NCBI GenBank assembly: GCA_963809485.1
Contig: CAWEJX010000020.1
Location: 992,001-1,056,000 of the forward strand
Length of the DNA: 64,000 nt
Reading direction: 5' to 3'
DNA from: an uncultured Acidobacteriota bacterium
Lineage (GTDB): Bacteria; Acidobacteriota; UBA6911
The translations under genes and the position numbers were made by a program. Of this stretch, positions 21,137 through 30,829 are shown in pieces; position 1 is the stretch's first letter; each line of letters begins with the position of its first letter. Under the pieces are notes generated by a model. It did no database searches and was not told the origin of the DNA. It saw only the letters and a list, made by a program, of their open reading frames with translations.

Positions 21137-21392
21137 GACATGCTCCTTTGCCAGATTCCATCCGCCTATCCTGCAGTCCATAATTAGTCCCGCAGATTGC
21201 TTCCAGCAATCCCTGATCTTCAGCTCGCCAGATGCGGCAAGGCTGCCCTTATCGAATCCCCCATCGAATTGCTGTATACCCCGGTGACTATTGATAACAG
21301 GTAGAACCAAAAACAAATGATGTGAGCGGCGATCTGCTATATCTGCTCCCTTCAAATAGTGGGTGTCCACCTTTTATTTTATGTCCACGTTT

Positions 21393-21741
21393 TATGCGAT
21401 CCCGGGTCGGGTACGGCGCCTCGTCTTTACGCCGCCGTACCTGTTGCCTGCGTCCATGGCTAAGGCTTCGGCCTCTCCCAGCGAAACTCTATTTCGGGGC
21501 TAACTTCCGGTCGTACGCTTCACCTCGCAGCTATTCCTCATATCCGCTTCCACCCTTCCGCCTTAGGAGTGGAGTTTCCGTTCCTCACCCTTTCGGTTGT
21601 GAGGCAGGTTCCTAGTCACTCCATCGCTTCCAGACTCTGCTTCTACGAGGATACAGAGTGGTTGACTATTCCTTCCCTGGCGGGCCTTTCACCCGCTTGA
21701 CAACGGACCATTTCCAGGTCCCCAGCCTTTTCGAGTCGCGC
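21393..21741 (-). mobile_element. Group II intron 5' (domain I) fragment with no RT ORF
   Basis: Minus strand begins GCGCGACTCGAAA (canonical GTGCG), followed by GGGTGAAAGGCCC, TTAGCCCCGAAA, GCCGAAGCC, GGCAAC and CCCGGGATCG, which resemble domain I motifs. Confidence 0.65.
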
Positions 21742-21959
21742 CGCCAGAGGCGGCGGTTTACCCTAATGCCAATTATGATTGCCGAAAGCATAGCGCGATG
21801 CATTGGGCGCTACTTATATATCCCTTCTCTTAGCTGTCCATAGAAGGGAAGGGATCTCAGTCTGAGCGGGAGCATTATTGAGATGCTGGAGAGAAAGGCG
21901 AAGACTCGGAAGGCAGGGTGGGATCTTCCCTGCTCCCGATGGAACGCCGTGCTAGCAGC

Positions 21960-22089
21960 CGCCCTTGATCATCTTCACAAGGCGGTTAGAGAAACCTTGA
22001 AGCTCAGCTCAGAGTTTGCTATACACTCACTGCGGCAGACGTTTCTGACCCGCTTAGGGGAAGCCGGAGCGGGAAAGGGAGCGTCTTGA
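21960..22089 (+). pseudogene. Tyrosine integrase C-terminal remnant
   Basis: EFAIHSLRQTFLTRLGEAGA is a degenerate HxLRH box, next to the tRNA. Confidence 0.65.
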
Positions 22090-22168
22090 TTCTATGAATC
22101 AGGAAGACCTGCAAAAAAGGCTTCCGCCCGCTGCAATATCCGCATCGAAAAATGATGTGCCCGTTGAT

Positions 22169-22244
<76 letters not shown>

Positions 22245-23281
22245 TGAAAACAAAAGACTTACGGTTTTTCACTTCTCTCCTTTTTCTCCCAAAACAGCCC
22301 GTAGGGTGAAAAAACTCAGCCGTGCCGTAAATGCCTGCAAATAGAACCGCTTGCCGAGCAAGCCAGTTGCGTCCACTACGAGGCTTGACAGGCAGTCGGT
22401 GTTGCCGGATGCTGCAGATTCTCACTGCAATTCCGGAGGAGAATGTGAAGGTACTATTGCACCCCTGGCAGTTATTGCTTTTGGTTCTCGCTGGCTGGGT
22501 CAATCGTCGGCGGCAGGATGTGATCGAATACCTTCTGGTTGAAAATCGTGTGTTGCGGCAGAAACTGGGGAAAAGACGAATCCTGCTGAATGAAGAACAG
22601 CGGCGCCGCCTTGCCGTCAAAGGCAAGATCCTCGGTCGGAAGATGATCGAGCAGGTCGCTGGGATTGTAACTCCGGAAGCGATTCTTCGCTGGCATCGTG
22701 AGTTGGTCGCACGACATTGGGATACCAGCAAGCGACGACAGAGGGCCGGACGGCCGGCGATTCCTCAGGAAACCGTGGATCTCATTCTGAAATTGGCAAA
22801 GGAAAATCCTCGCTGGGGCTACAAGCGCATCCAGGGCGCAGTCGCGAATCTCGGAAGCGTGATTTCGGATACGGCAGTTGCAAACATTCTGAGGGCCCCA
22901 TGCGATAGACCCGGCCCCGGATCGAAAGAGACAGGGCAGCTGGAAGGAATTCCTCAACACACACTGGGATATGCTTGCCTCGGTTGATTTCACAGCGATC
23001 GGGATTTGGACGAAGAAGGGATTGGTTACATACTATCTGCTGTTCTTCATGGAGATTGCAACCCGACGGATTCATTTTGCTGGTCTCACCACCAATCCAG
23101 ATGAAGCCTGGCTGCTTCAGGTTGCCAGGAATGTGACTGACGCCGATGACGGATTCCTTCGTGGCAATCGATACTTGCTGATGGACCGAGACACGAAATT
23201 CTCGGAAGCGTTCCGGGGCACGTTTGAGGATGTCGGAGTGAAGCCGCTCCGCCTGCCGGCACGATCCCCGAATTTGAGTGC

Positions 23282-25363
23282 TTATGCTTCATACTGCACC
23301 TCATGCGTAATTTGGGTCGCTCTTTCTGCCTTTGATCGATAGCATCCCGGTTTTCTCTTGTGCTTAAGCGGCCTATTGTTTCCAGGACGTTCGATGAGAT
23401 AAGAATGGTCATTGTACCAGTGGGCGTGTAGATAACCTCCACGTTTCCACTTCTTGACCGTTCCGGGATTGATATCGAGTCTGGCTGCTGTCTCATTAAC
23501 TGTCATCATCCCAAGATCGCGGAGTCGTTGATATCGTGTTTTCATTGCATACTCGCGGCAAAGACGGTAGACCATTGCGTGATTAATGGACTTTCCCTCG
23601 CCTGAGCGATATCCGCGTTCGGTGAGAATCACGGAAATCTCCGAGTCCGTATGGTTGTCGAGCAGCCGGTCGATCTCGGCGAGCACTTCAGGACTGGTCT
23701 GCCGGATCTTCCATGCCGGAGGCGGAAGAGGCAGTGTCAGTATCCTGGTGGCTCCCCCTCGGAAGCGGACACTGGCGCTGATTTCTTTGTTCCTAATAAG
23801 AGTCACATCTTCGATCAAGAGCCGCAACATTCGCTTTCGATCGCGGTCCTCTGTCCGCTGATCTTGCCAGAGTTTGGGAAAATCACTTGCAAGAGTAAGA
23901 ACCTGCGTGCTTGTCTTTTCATCAAGGAGCTTCCGATCCCTTTCGCATTCCCGCTGATACTCTTGCTGTCGCTCATCGAGCACTCGGAGTTTCTCGTTCC
24001 ACTCAGCCTCAAGTGAGGCAGCTACAAGCCGGTTCTCTGGATCTACACGGAGAAAACGCCGCCGGGCAAGATCCGCCTCATACTGAGCTCGCTCGACGTG
24101 TTTTTTTCGCAGTGCGTCTGCTTCACTCAGACGTGTCTGCAATTCCTGCTGCACTGCCAGCGTCACTTCTAGAGCCATGGGACTCACAGCCTCAACCAGA
24201 AGAGCTCCTACAGCCTCGTCGATATTCGCTCCCGGGATATGCTGGCAAATCCTCTCTCCGCGTTCTATCCCTTCGCGCTGGCACACATAGTCAGGCTGAA
24301 GTCCTTGTCTCCTACCATGATAACGAACCGTCATACGCCGGCCGCATACTCCACAGATCACCAACCCCTGTAACAAAGCAGGACCTTCTCTTGGCGGGCT
24401 CTTGCGGCGGTCGGTGCCGTGGGCCGCCGAGTTTTCGGTCAGGCATTTCTGGTTCTGTTCGAATTCGTCCCAAGAAATGTAGCCCGGATGCGCATTGGGA
24501 ATAAACGCAATCCATTCCTCCCGCGGTAATTTCCTACTGCTAACATTAGAGCCATACTTGCGCTGTCGAGTACGCCCAAAGAAAAATGCTCCCGCAAAGC
24601 GTGGATTGTGCAGCAGCCATAAGGCGCGATGGAGTAAAAGGGGGCCCCACGCCAAGTCTCCCTTCTGATGATTATCGGCTCGTCGTGGAAAGAGCAGGCC
24701 CTTGTTTCGAAACGCTTTCACTGTTGCTGTTGCAGACCCCGTACGACGAAAAGTCCGGAAGAACATGCGGATGCTCTCCTGAACCTGCCGGTCGGGATCA
24801 ATCACGACTTTGCCTGTTGCATCGTAGATGAAACCAATGGGAAGTGGGCACTCTAGTTCACCTCGCCGTGCCTTATTCACGATACCGCCCAAAAGCCGAG
24901 CCCGAAGCATGTGCAGTTCGGCTTCACTCATCGTACCTTTGAGACCGAGCAGCAGGCGGTCATTAAAGTGCGCCGGATCGTAAATACCATCCTCGTCCAG
25001 TATGAGTGTATCGCTCAGTGCACACATTTCGAGCAGCCGATGCCAGTCGGCCGAATTTCGTGCAAGGCGAGAAACCTCTAAACCCATCACCAAGCCTGCA
25101 TGCCCTAACCCAACTTCGGTCACCAATTTTTGGAAACCCTCGCGGTCTGCAGCGGCTGCGCCTGATTGGCCCAGATCCGTATCCAGCACAATGATACGCT
25201 CCTGGGGCCATCCCAACGCAACTGCGCGCTGCTTCAAGGCATACTGGCGTTTTGTACTTTCAGTATTTTCCAAAACCTGTCGGAGCGTCGATTGCCGTAT
25301 GTACAAATAGGCATTCCGTTGAACGTGGATCGGCCGGATCTTCTGATTCCCCTCACTCGCCAT
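23282..25363 (-). CDS. Large serine recombinase (resolvase + recombinase + Zn ribbon)
   Basis: AYLYIRQS (catalytic Ser), SRLARN, LLQGLVICGVCGRRM; ends HEVQYEA with its stop abutting the att core. Confidence 0.95.
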   Translation of the reverse strand: MASEGNQKIRPIHVQRNAYLYIRQSTLRQVLENTESTKRQYALKQRAVALGWPQERIIVLDTDLGQSGAAAADREGFQKLVTEVGLGHAGLVMGLEVSRLARNSADWHRLLEMCALSDTLILDEDGIYDPAHFNDRLLLGLKGTMSEAELHMLRARLLGGIVNKARRGELECPLPIGFIYDATGKVVIDPDRQVQESIRMFFRTFRRTGSATATVKAFRNKGLLFPRRADNHQKGDLAWGPLLLHRALWLLHNPRFAGAFFFGRTRQRKYGSNVSSRKLPREEWIAFIPNAHPGYISWDEFEQNQKCLTENSAAHGTDRRKSPPREGPALLQGLVICGVCGRRMTVRYHGRRQGLQPDYVCQREGIERGERICQHIPGANIDEAVGALLVEAVSPMALEVTLAVQQELQTRLSEADALRKKHVERAQYEADLARRRFLRVDPENRLVAASLEAEWNEKLRVLDERQQEYQRECERDRKLLDEKTSTQVLTLASDFPKLWQDQRTEDRDRKRMLRLLIEDVTLIRNKEISASVRFRGGATRILTLPLPPPAWKIRQTSPEVLAEIDRLLDNHTDSEISVILTERGYRSGEGKSINHAMVYRLCREYAMKTRYQRLRDLGMMTVNETAARLDINPGTVKKWKRGGYLHAHWYNDHSYLIERPGNNRPLKHKRKPGCYRSKAERATQITHEVQYEA

Positions 25364-25670
25364 AGCTCACCTCTGTGGATGCCGCATGGAAAACCATACT
25401 CGACAGTACCATTACGATGTCGCCCTGTAATCCCGCAGGAAGGAAGTCGTCAGCCATTTTGCTGTCGGCGCCTTCAGGGACAACCGGGCTCGCATAGGTC
25501 CACCACGCATCGATCCATGCCGCCAATCCTTGATACTTCAAGACGGCAAGTCCAAGTTCTCCTTGAGTGCAAGAACTTTGATCGATTGCCTGTTTGCGCA
25601 GTTTTTCGTATGCCGTTTTGATCCGCATCAGTGCATCAGGTCCCTGATCAACTTGCCTTCTGGCTTTCAT
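25353..25670 (-). CDS. Small hypothetical protein of the recombinase element
   Basis: Overlaps both neighbours; YEKLR...GLAVL..QGLAAWI. Confidence 0.7.
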   Translation of the reverse strand: MKARRQVDQGPDALMRIKTAYEKLRKQAIDQSSCTQGELGLAVLKYQGLAAWIDAWWTYASPVVPEGADSKMADDFLPAGLQGDIVMVLSSMVFHAASTEVSYGE

Positions 25671-26137
25671 AGCTGTTTTTTTTCCCGCCGGCGCAGGGCG
25701 CGCTCAACGGTGCGACGGTGAACTTTAATGCCAAAGCGCTCGGTGACCAGGGAAATCAACTCCGAAACAGTTGGTGATTGGCTTGCAGCCCGGGCCGCCT
25801 CAATGTAATCGACGACTTCTTCGCTAAGCTTATGACCACTTCGGGGACCCCGTTTTTTGGGGATGAGCCCGGGAAGGCCATCTTGCCGCAGGATTGACTG
25901 AGCTTGGTAAAATGCTGGCCGTGAGAGGCCGAAGGCGGCAGCAGCGGCAGTCACCGACTTCCCCTCGGCTTCGACCCGCCGCAGCATCTCGTACTTGACC
26001 TGAACTACGTCACGTGCATTGAAGAATTCGCTTTCGAGGAAGAGTGAATCGGTTACCCGTTCAGGATGAGGATTCAGGGTTCCTTGCTGTTTCAGTGCTT
26101 TTATCTTTGGGTCGGCTGTGCGCAATTGTTTTTTCAT
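25667..26137 (-). CDS. HTH domain protein of the recombinase element
   Basis: FFNARDVVQVKYEMLRRV, FGLSRPAFYQ and HRRTVERAL motifs. Confidence 0.82.
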   Translation of the reverse strand: MKKQLRTADPKIKALKQQGTLNPHPERVTDSLFLESEFFNARDVVQVKYEMLRRVEAEGKSVTAAAAAFGLSRPAFYQAQSILRQDGLPGLIPKKRGPRSGHKLSEEVVDYIEAARAASQSPTVSELISLVTERFGIKVHRRTVERALRRREKKQL

Positions 26138-26285
26138 TGTAATAATATATACGCCTTATTCCTCTCCGCATGTCAAGGATAATCGTGTTGACATCAACCG
26201 TACGCTAGCCGTTATCAAGCATATCATGCGCATACCATCAATAATGTTTGCAGATGCGCACAACGGATATGCGGCGATATTACTC

Positions 26286-26639
26286 TTACACATGCGGCGT
26301 CTTTTCCTTTACAGATGTTGCGCGGACTCTTTTCTTGGGCATTTTGCTTTTACAGAACGTCACCAGCTCTGCGAGCTGAATGAGATCTTCCGTGCGGAAG
26401 CAGGCCCTGCCCGCTGCAATGGCTACGAACGGATCCGGCGCTGCCGCATCGGTCCATGCAGTTGGTATCGCTATAAGGCAATTCTCTTCGTTGTAGAAGT
26501 ACACTCTGGACTCACCCCAGGCTGGCCTACAAGCAACCAGCTCGAACCGGCGGTTATGAAGAGGATGGAAGGGATGCGTTACTGTGAAAAATCGTTGCGG
26601 TTCTGTCGAATACTTCGCAGTTGATGGCTTTTTCCAGTG
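26286..26639 (-). CDS. DUF5372 (Y4bD/Y4pK-like) protein lacking its own full-length start in the integrated state
   Basis: Frame is open up to the att core: ..FTVTHPFHPL..RFELV..WGESRVYFY..IPTAWTD. Confidence 0.75.
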   Translation of the reverse strand, partial: HWKKPSTAKYSTEPQRFFTVTHPFHPLHNRRFELVACRPAWGESRVYFYNEENCLIAIPTAWTDAAAPDPFVAIAAGRACFRTEDLIQLAELVTFCKSKMPKKRVRATSVKEKTPHV

Positions 26640-27164
26640 CGCACATTGAGCGGTTCATGCGAAGCCTGAAGGAGGAGTGCCTGGAGCGCATGATCTTCTT
26701 CGGAGAGAAATCGCTCCATGCCGCCACAGTAAGCTATGTGGATCATTTTCTTACGGAGCGCAACCATCAGGGGGTGGGCAACCGGCTGCTGATTCCTGGG
26801 AGGGAAGTCGGCGAGAGGGCCGGTGAGGTCGTGTGCCGGCAACGGCTCGGTGGACTGCTGCGTTACTATTTCCGCGAAGCTGCATGACCTCGGTCGATTC
26901 ATCACGGAAGCCGTTCGGGAGCAGCCTGATCGTGTGCACAGCCGTCCGTGCATGGCCGAGGAACCAAATGGTTAATCCGGTCCTTTTCCTCCCCAGTATC
27001 CAGAATTCGTCCGTCAGTCTATTGAGATCGGCCGGACATGTTCCGCCACTATCTACCCTTCCTGACTATGTCGAGTAGCACCTACTGCAATCGATCTCAA
27101 CCCGAAGATTCCAAGTCATGGCACCACTGCGGTGAGCGTGTTACTCGACATAGTCTTTTCGATC

Positions 27165-27381
27165 CTACAGGCTGTTAAGGAAGCCCAATAGCTGATCACC
27201 TGGTTGATAACGGGTTGCCTTGCCATTGGGCGGTGCTGTTTTGGCGAGAGCTTGCTCCTTCATCGCCAACGTCGCCTCCAGATAGATCTGGGTCGTCTCA
27301 ACTGACTCATGGCCCAACCACAATGCAATCACGGAACGATCGACGCCCGCCTGTAGAAGGTCCATGGCCATTGTGTGTCTC
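27165..27381 (-). pseudogene. Outer RitC, C-terminal part
   Basis: (RH)TMAMDLLQAGVDRSVIALWLGHESVETTQIY continues the ORF broken at 30830. Confidence 0.9.
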
Positions 27382-27554
27382 CTATGCCGGTACCGGCATA
27401 GGAGACACTATGCCGGGTTCCGGACTATGCCGGGTAAAGCGATCTTTGCCGTATCAAACCTCTGGTTGATGTAATTTCATCCGGCATAGTTTTACGCCTC
27501 GATTTCTAGGTTTGTGCGATCTTTCCTGGATGCTAACCCAAAGGAGAAGATCGT

Positions 27555-28793
27555 ATGAACCAACTGTTGGAAGACCTCAGAATATCTGCCCGGGTAGAGG
27601 AAGGCCCCCTCGGACCGTATATCGGCTCCTATGCTGCACAGCTGCTTTCGGAGGGGTATGCAAGACACTCAAGCTGCGTGAAGATCCGGCTCGTTGGTGC
27701 GTTTAGCCGATGGCTGAGTCGCAAGCACATAGCTGCCAATAAGCTGGTAGATCAGCACCCAGTCGATTTTTTACGCTATCGCAATCGATGCGGCCATCGC
27801 CTTGGTCTAGGTGATCCAGCGACCATAATGCGCGTGTTGAAGTTGCTTCGCGAGCAAGACGTGATCGTGCAGGGACCGGCCCAGGCGCCAACAACGCCGA
27901 GCGAGCGTCTGGTGGAAGAGTACGATATTTATTTGCAGAGGGAGCGAGTGCTCTCTCTGGCAACACGGATCAATTATCGGCCCTTTATTCAGAAGTTTCT
28001 GACCGTTCGGTTTGGGAAAGGTCCGGCCAAACTCTCTCGCCTGCGTACCACAGACATCATTGGATTTGTACGGTGTCATGCCCGACAAATACACAGCAAA
28101 CGCGTTCAGCTGATGACCACCGCGCTTCGCTCTTTCCTGCGATTTGCCCGTTATCGTGGCGACATCACCCTTGATCTGGCCGCCTGTGTCCCCGCAGTGG
28201 CGAGTTGGTCCTTATCCACGCTACCGCGAGCTCTTCCCCCGGCACATGTAAAGCTGGTTTTGGAACACTGCAACAGACAAACAGCCGTAGGCCGCCGCGA
28301 CTACGCAATCCTGTTGTTACTCGCCCGCCTTGGCCTGCGAAGCGGAGAAGTTGCCGGTCTCGGTTTGGAGGACATTGATTGGAAGAACGGGTTATTCTCG
28401 GTTGTGGGCAAAGGGGGCTCCTCGTCTCCGTTACCTCTTCCTGCAGATGTAGGCAACGCAATCGCTGCCTACCTGAAGGACGGCCGGCCGCGACTATCCG
28501 GCAACCGGCGAGTATTTCTCCGGGCCAGAGCACCGATGGTCGGGTTCACGAGTATGGCGGTGCGCGATGTCGTCAAACGCGCTCTTGCCCGAGCCGGAAT
28601 TGATTCACCGCGAAAAGGTGCGCACCAGTTTCGTCACGCGCTGGCTACAGGCATGCTGAACCGAGGAGCCTCTTTGAGCGAGATCGGAGAACTCCTGCGG
28701 CACCAAAACCCGGATACAACCAGAATCTATGCGAAAGTCGATCTGGCTTCGCTGCGTACTGTAGCAATGCCATGGCCAGGAGGTGGGCGATGA
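27555..28793 (+). CDS. Inner RitA tyrosine recombinase
   Basis: RLGLRSGEV, HQFRH and LRHQNPDTTRIY motifs. Confidence 0.92.
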   Translation: MNQLLEDLRISARVEEGPLGPYIGSYAAQLLSEGYARHSSCVKIRLVGAFSRWLSRKHIAANKLVDQHPVDFLRYRNRCGHRLGLGDPATIMRVLKLLREQDVIVQGPAQAPTTPSERLVEEYDIYLQRERVLSLATRINYRPFIQKFLTVRFGKGPAKLSRLRTTDIIGFVRCHARQIHSKRVQLMTTALRSFLRFARYRGDITLDLAACVPAVASWSLSTLPRALPPAHVKLVLEHCNRQTAVGRRDYAILLLLARLGLRSGEVAGLGLEDIDWKNGLFSVVGKGGSSSPLPLPADVGNAIAAYLKDGRPRLSGNRRVFLRARAPMVGFTSMAVRDVVKRALARAGIDSPRKGAHQFRHALATGMLNRGASLSEIGELLRHQNPDTTRIYAKVDLASLRTVAMPWPGGGR

Positions 28794-29710
28794 ACAGCCT
28801 CCGCAAAGCGGTCAAGGACTACATTGAGATGCGCCGCGCCTTAGGATACAAGATGAGGAAGGCGAGAGTTCTATTGCCGCAGTTTATCAACTTCTTGCAC
28901 CAGCAAGGTTCATCGGTTATCACGATCCCGCTGGCCCTTCAATGGGCACAAAGCAACAGAGGGGTGCAACCTACCGAGTGGGCCCAGCGATTGACCACCG
29001 TCCGTTGTTTTGCTCGTCACTGGAGTGCCACCGACCCTCGAACTCAAATTCCGCCATGGGGCTTACTGCCGCATCGCCCCAAGCGAGCACGACCGTACTT
29101 GTATAGCGACGAAGAAGTTCAGCAACTCCTGCAATCCGCACGTCGGTTAGGTGGTTTGCGCGGTCTGACCTACTACTGTTTGTTCGGATTGTTATGCGTC
29201 GCTGGCCTGAGAATCAGCGAGGCGTTGAACCTGCGATCGGTGGATGTCGATTTGGTAACCGGCGTTCTGACCGTCCGTGGAGCGAAGTTCGGCAAGTCCC
29301 GATTGGTGCCGATTCATGCCACGACACAAAAGGTTCTCTCTGAGTACGTGAAGTATCGTGACCGTACTTTTGCTCGAGAACTCTCCTTTTTCTTTGTCTC
29401 TAAACGTGGCAATCGCCTTGATGGAGGCGAAGTACGGCGTACCTTTTACGCCCTGTCACGCGAAATCGGGCTGCGTGGCCCGACCGCCAGTCACGGACCA
29501 CGCTTGCACGACTTCCGTCATCGACTGGCTGTCCGAACCCTGGTGCAGTGGTACCGCTGGGGACAAGATGTCGAGCGACGCCTACCCGTATTGTCGACTT
29601 ACCTCGGTCATGTTCACGTCAGCGATACGTACTGGTATCTCACCGCTTGCCCCGAACTAATGGGAATGGCGGTGAAGCGCCTGGAAAAGCACTGGGAGGG
29701 GCAATCATGA
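28790..29710 (+). CDS. Inner RitB tyrosine recombinase
   Basis: GLRISEA, KFGKSRLVP, HDFRH and LGHVHVSDTYWY motifs. Confidence 0.92.
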   Translation: MNSLRKAVKDYIEMRRALGYKMRKARVLLPQFINFLHQQGSSVITIPLALQWAQSNRGVQPTEWAQRLTTVRCFARHWSATDPRTQIPPWGLLPHRPKRARPYLYSDEEVQQLLQSARRLGGLRGLTYYCLFGLLCVAGLRISEALNLRSVDVDLVTGVLTVRGAKFGKSRLVPIHATTQKVLSEYVKYRDRTFARELSFFFVSKRGNRLDGGEVRRTFYALSREIGLRGPTASHGPRLHDFRHRLAVRTLVQWYRWGQDVERRLPVLSTYLGHVHVSDTYWYLTACPELMGMAVKRLEKHWEGQS

Positions 29711-30702
29711 AGACCGCCACCTTCTCTGCATTGCTGGAAAGCTTTTTCAGTGAGCGCCTGATCCGTCAGCGCCAGGTGAGCCCTCATACCATCAGTTCCT
29801 ATCGCGATACATTCCGGCTGCTTCTTCAGTTCGCGCAGCGGAGTCTGCACAAGCCGCCATCCCGTTTCGCACTTGAGGACATCGATGCCCCAATGGTTAG
29901 CGCGTTCCTCAATGACATGGAGAACAGTCGCAAGATCACTGCGCGCAGTCGAAATCTTCGTTTGACCGCTATTCGCTCTTTCTTTAACTATACGGCCTAC
30001 GAGGAACCTGCTCACGCACAGCAGATCCAGCGTATCCTGGCAATTCCCGGCAAGAGATACTCCCGAACTTTGGTTCAGTTTCTGAACCGGCCCGAGATTG
30101 ACGCGCTCCTGGCGGCCCCAGATCAACGAACCTGGCTCGGTCGTCGCGATCACGCACTACTGCTTGTGGCGGTTCAGACCGGGTTGCGCTTGTCCGAGCT
30201 GACAGGACTGCAAACTCAAGACGTGCATTTGGCAACAGGAGCCCACGTTCGCTGTTCGGGCAAAGGCCGAAAAGAGCGCTGCACTCCGTTGACCAAGCAC
30301 ACAGTAGCAGCCTTGAAAGCTTGGTTATATGAATCGGCCAAAGGTGCTGCCGAGTGGCTGTTTCCCAGTGCACGCGGCGGTCGGCTGAGTGCCGACGCCG
30401 TGCAGGATTTGTTGGCAAAACACGTGGCAGTCGCGGCCCGGGACTGTCCCTCATTGCGGAAAAAGCGGGTGACCCCGCATGTGCTTAGACACGCCGCCGC
30501 AATGGAATTGCTTCAGTCTGGTGTGGATCGTTCAGTCATTGCCCTCTGGCTGGGACATGAATCTATCGAAACCACCCAAATTTATATAAACGCAGATCTG
30601 GCTCTCAAGGAAAAGGCCCTGGCTAAGACGACGCCTGCCAGCAGTAATCAACGACGTTTTCGGGCCAAAGACTCATTGCTGGAATTTCTCAAAGCCTTGT
30701 GA
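29707..30702 (+). CDS. Inner RitC tyrosine recombinase
   Basis: TGLRLSEL, GKGRKER, PHVLRH and LGHESIETTQIY motifs. Confidence 0.92.
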   Translation: MKTATFSALLESFFSERLIRQRQVSPHTISSYRDTFRLLLQFAQRSLHKPPSRFALEDIDAPMVSAFLNDMENSRKITARSRNLRLTAIRSFFNYTAYEEPAHAQQIQRILAIPGKRYSRTLVQFLNRPEIDALLAAPDQRTWLGRRDHALLLVAVQTGLRLSELTGLQTQDVHLATGAHVRCSGKGRKERCTPLTKHTVAALKAWLYESAKGAAEWLFPSARGGRLSADAVQDLLAKHVAVAARDCPSLRKKRVTPHVLRHAAAMELLQSGVDRSVIALWLGHESIETTQIYINADLALKEKALAKTTPASSNQRRFRAKDSLLEFLKAL

Positions 30703-30829
30703 ACTTCAATAACACTATGCGGGACTATGCCGGATGATGGTCAGGGACACGAAGGACCGGAGTCTTTATCAAAGCGGGTTTTCGAATCATCGGTCTCGCT
30801 TTACCCGGCATAGTCCGGAACCCGGCATA

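Larger units (their letters stand above)
23277..26640 (-). mobile_element. Four-gene large serine recombinase element (y4bA-D-like architecture)
   Basis: Core AGTGC duplicated at 23277-23281 and 26636-26640; removing the element restores the host transposase frame. Confidence 0.88.
22444..26887 (+). pseudogene. rve/integrase-core IS transposase (IS3/IS481-like), frameshifted at ~22895 and split by the serine recombinase element
   Basis: Pieces 22444-23281 (..LMDRDTKF..RSPNLSA) and 26641-26887 (HIERFMRSLKEECL..RNHQG) rejoin in frame across AGTGC. Confidence 0.88.
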
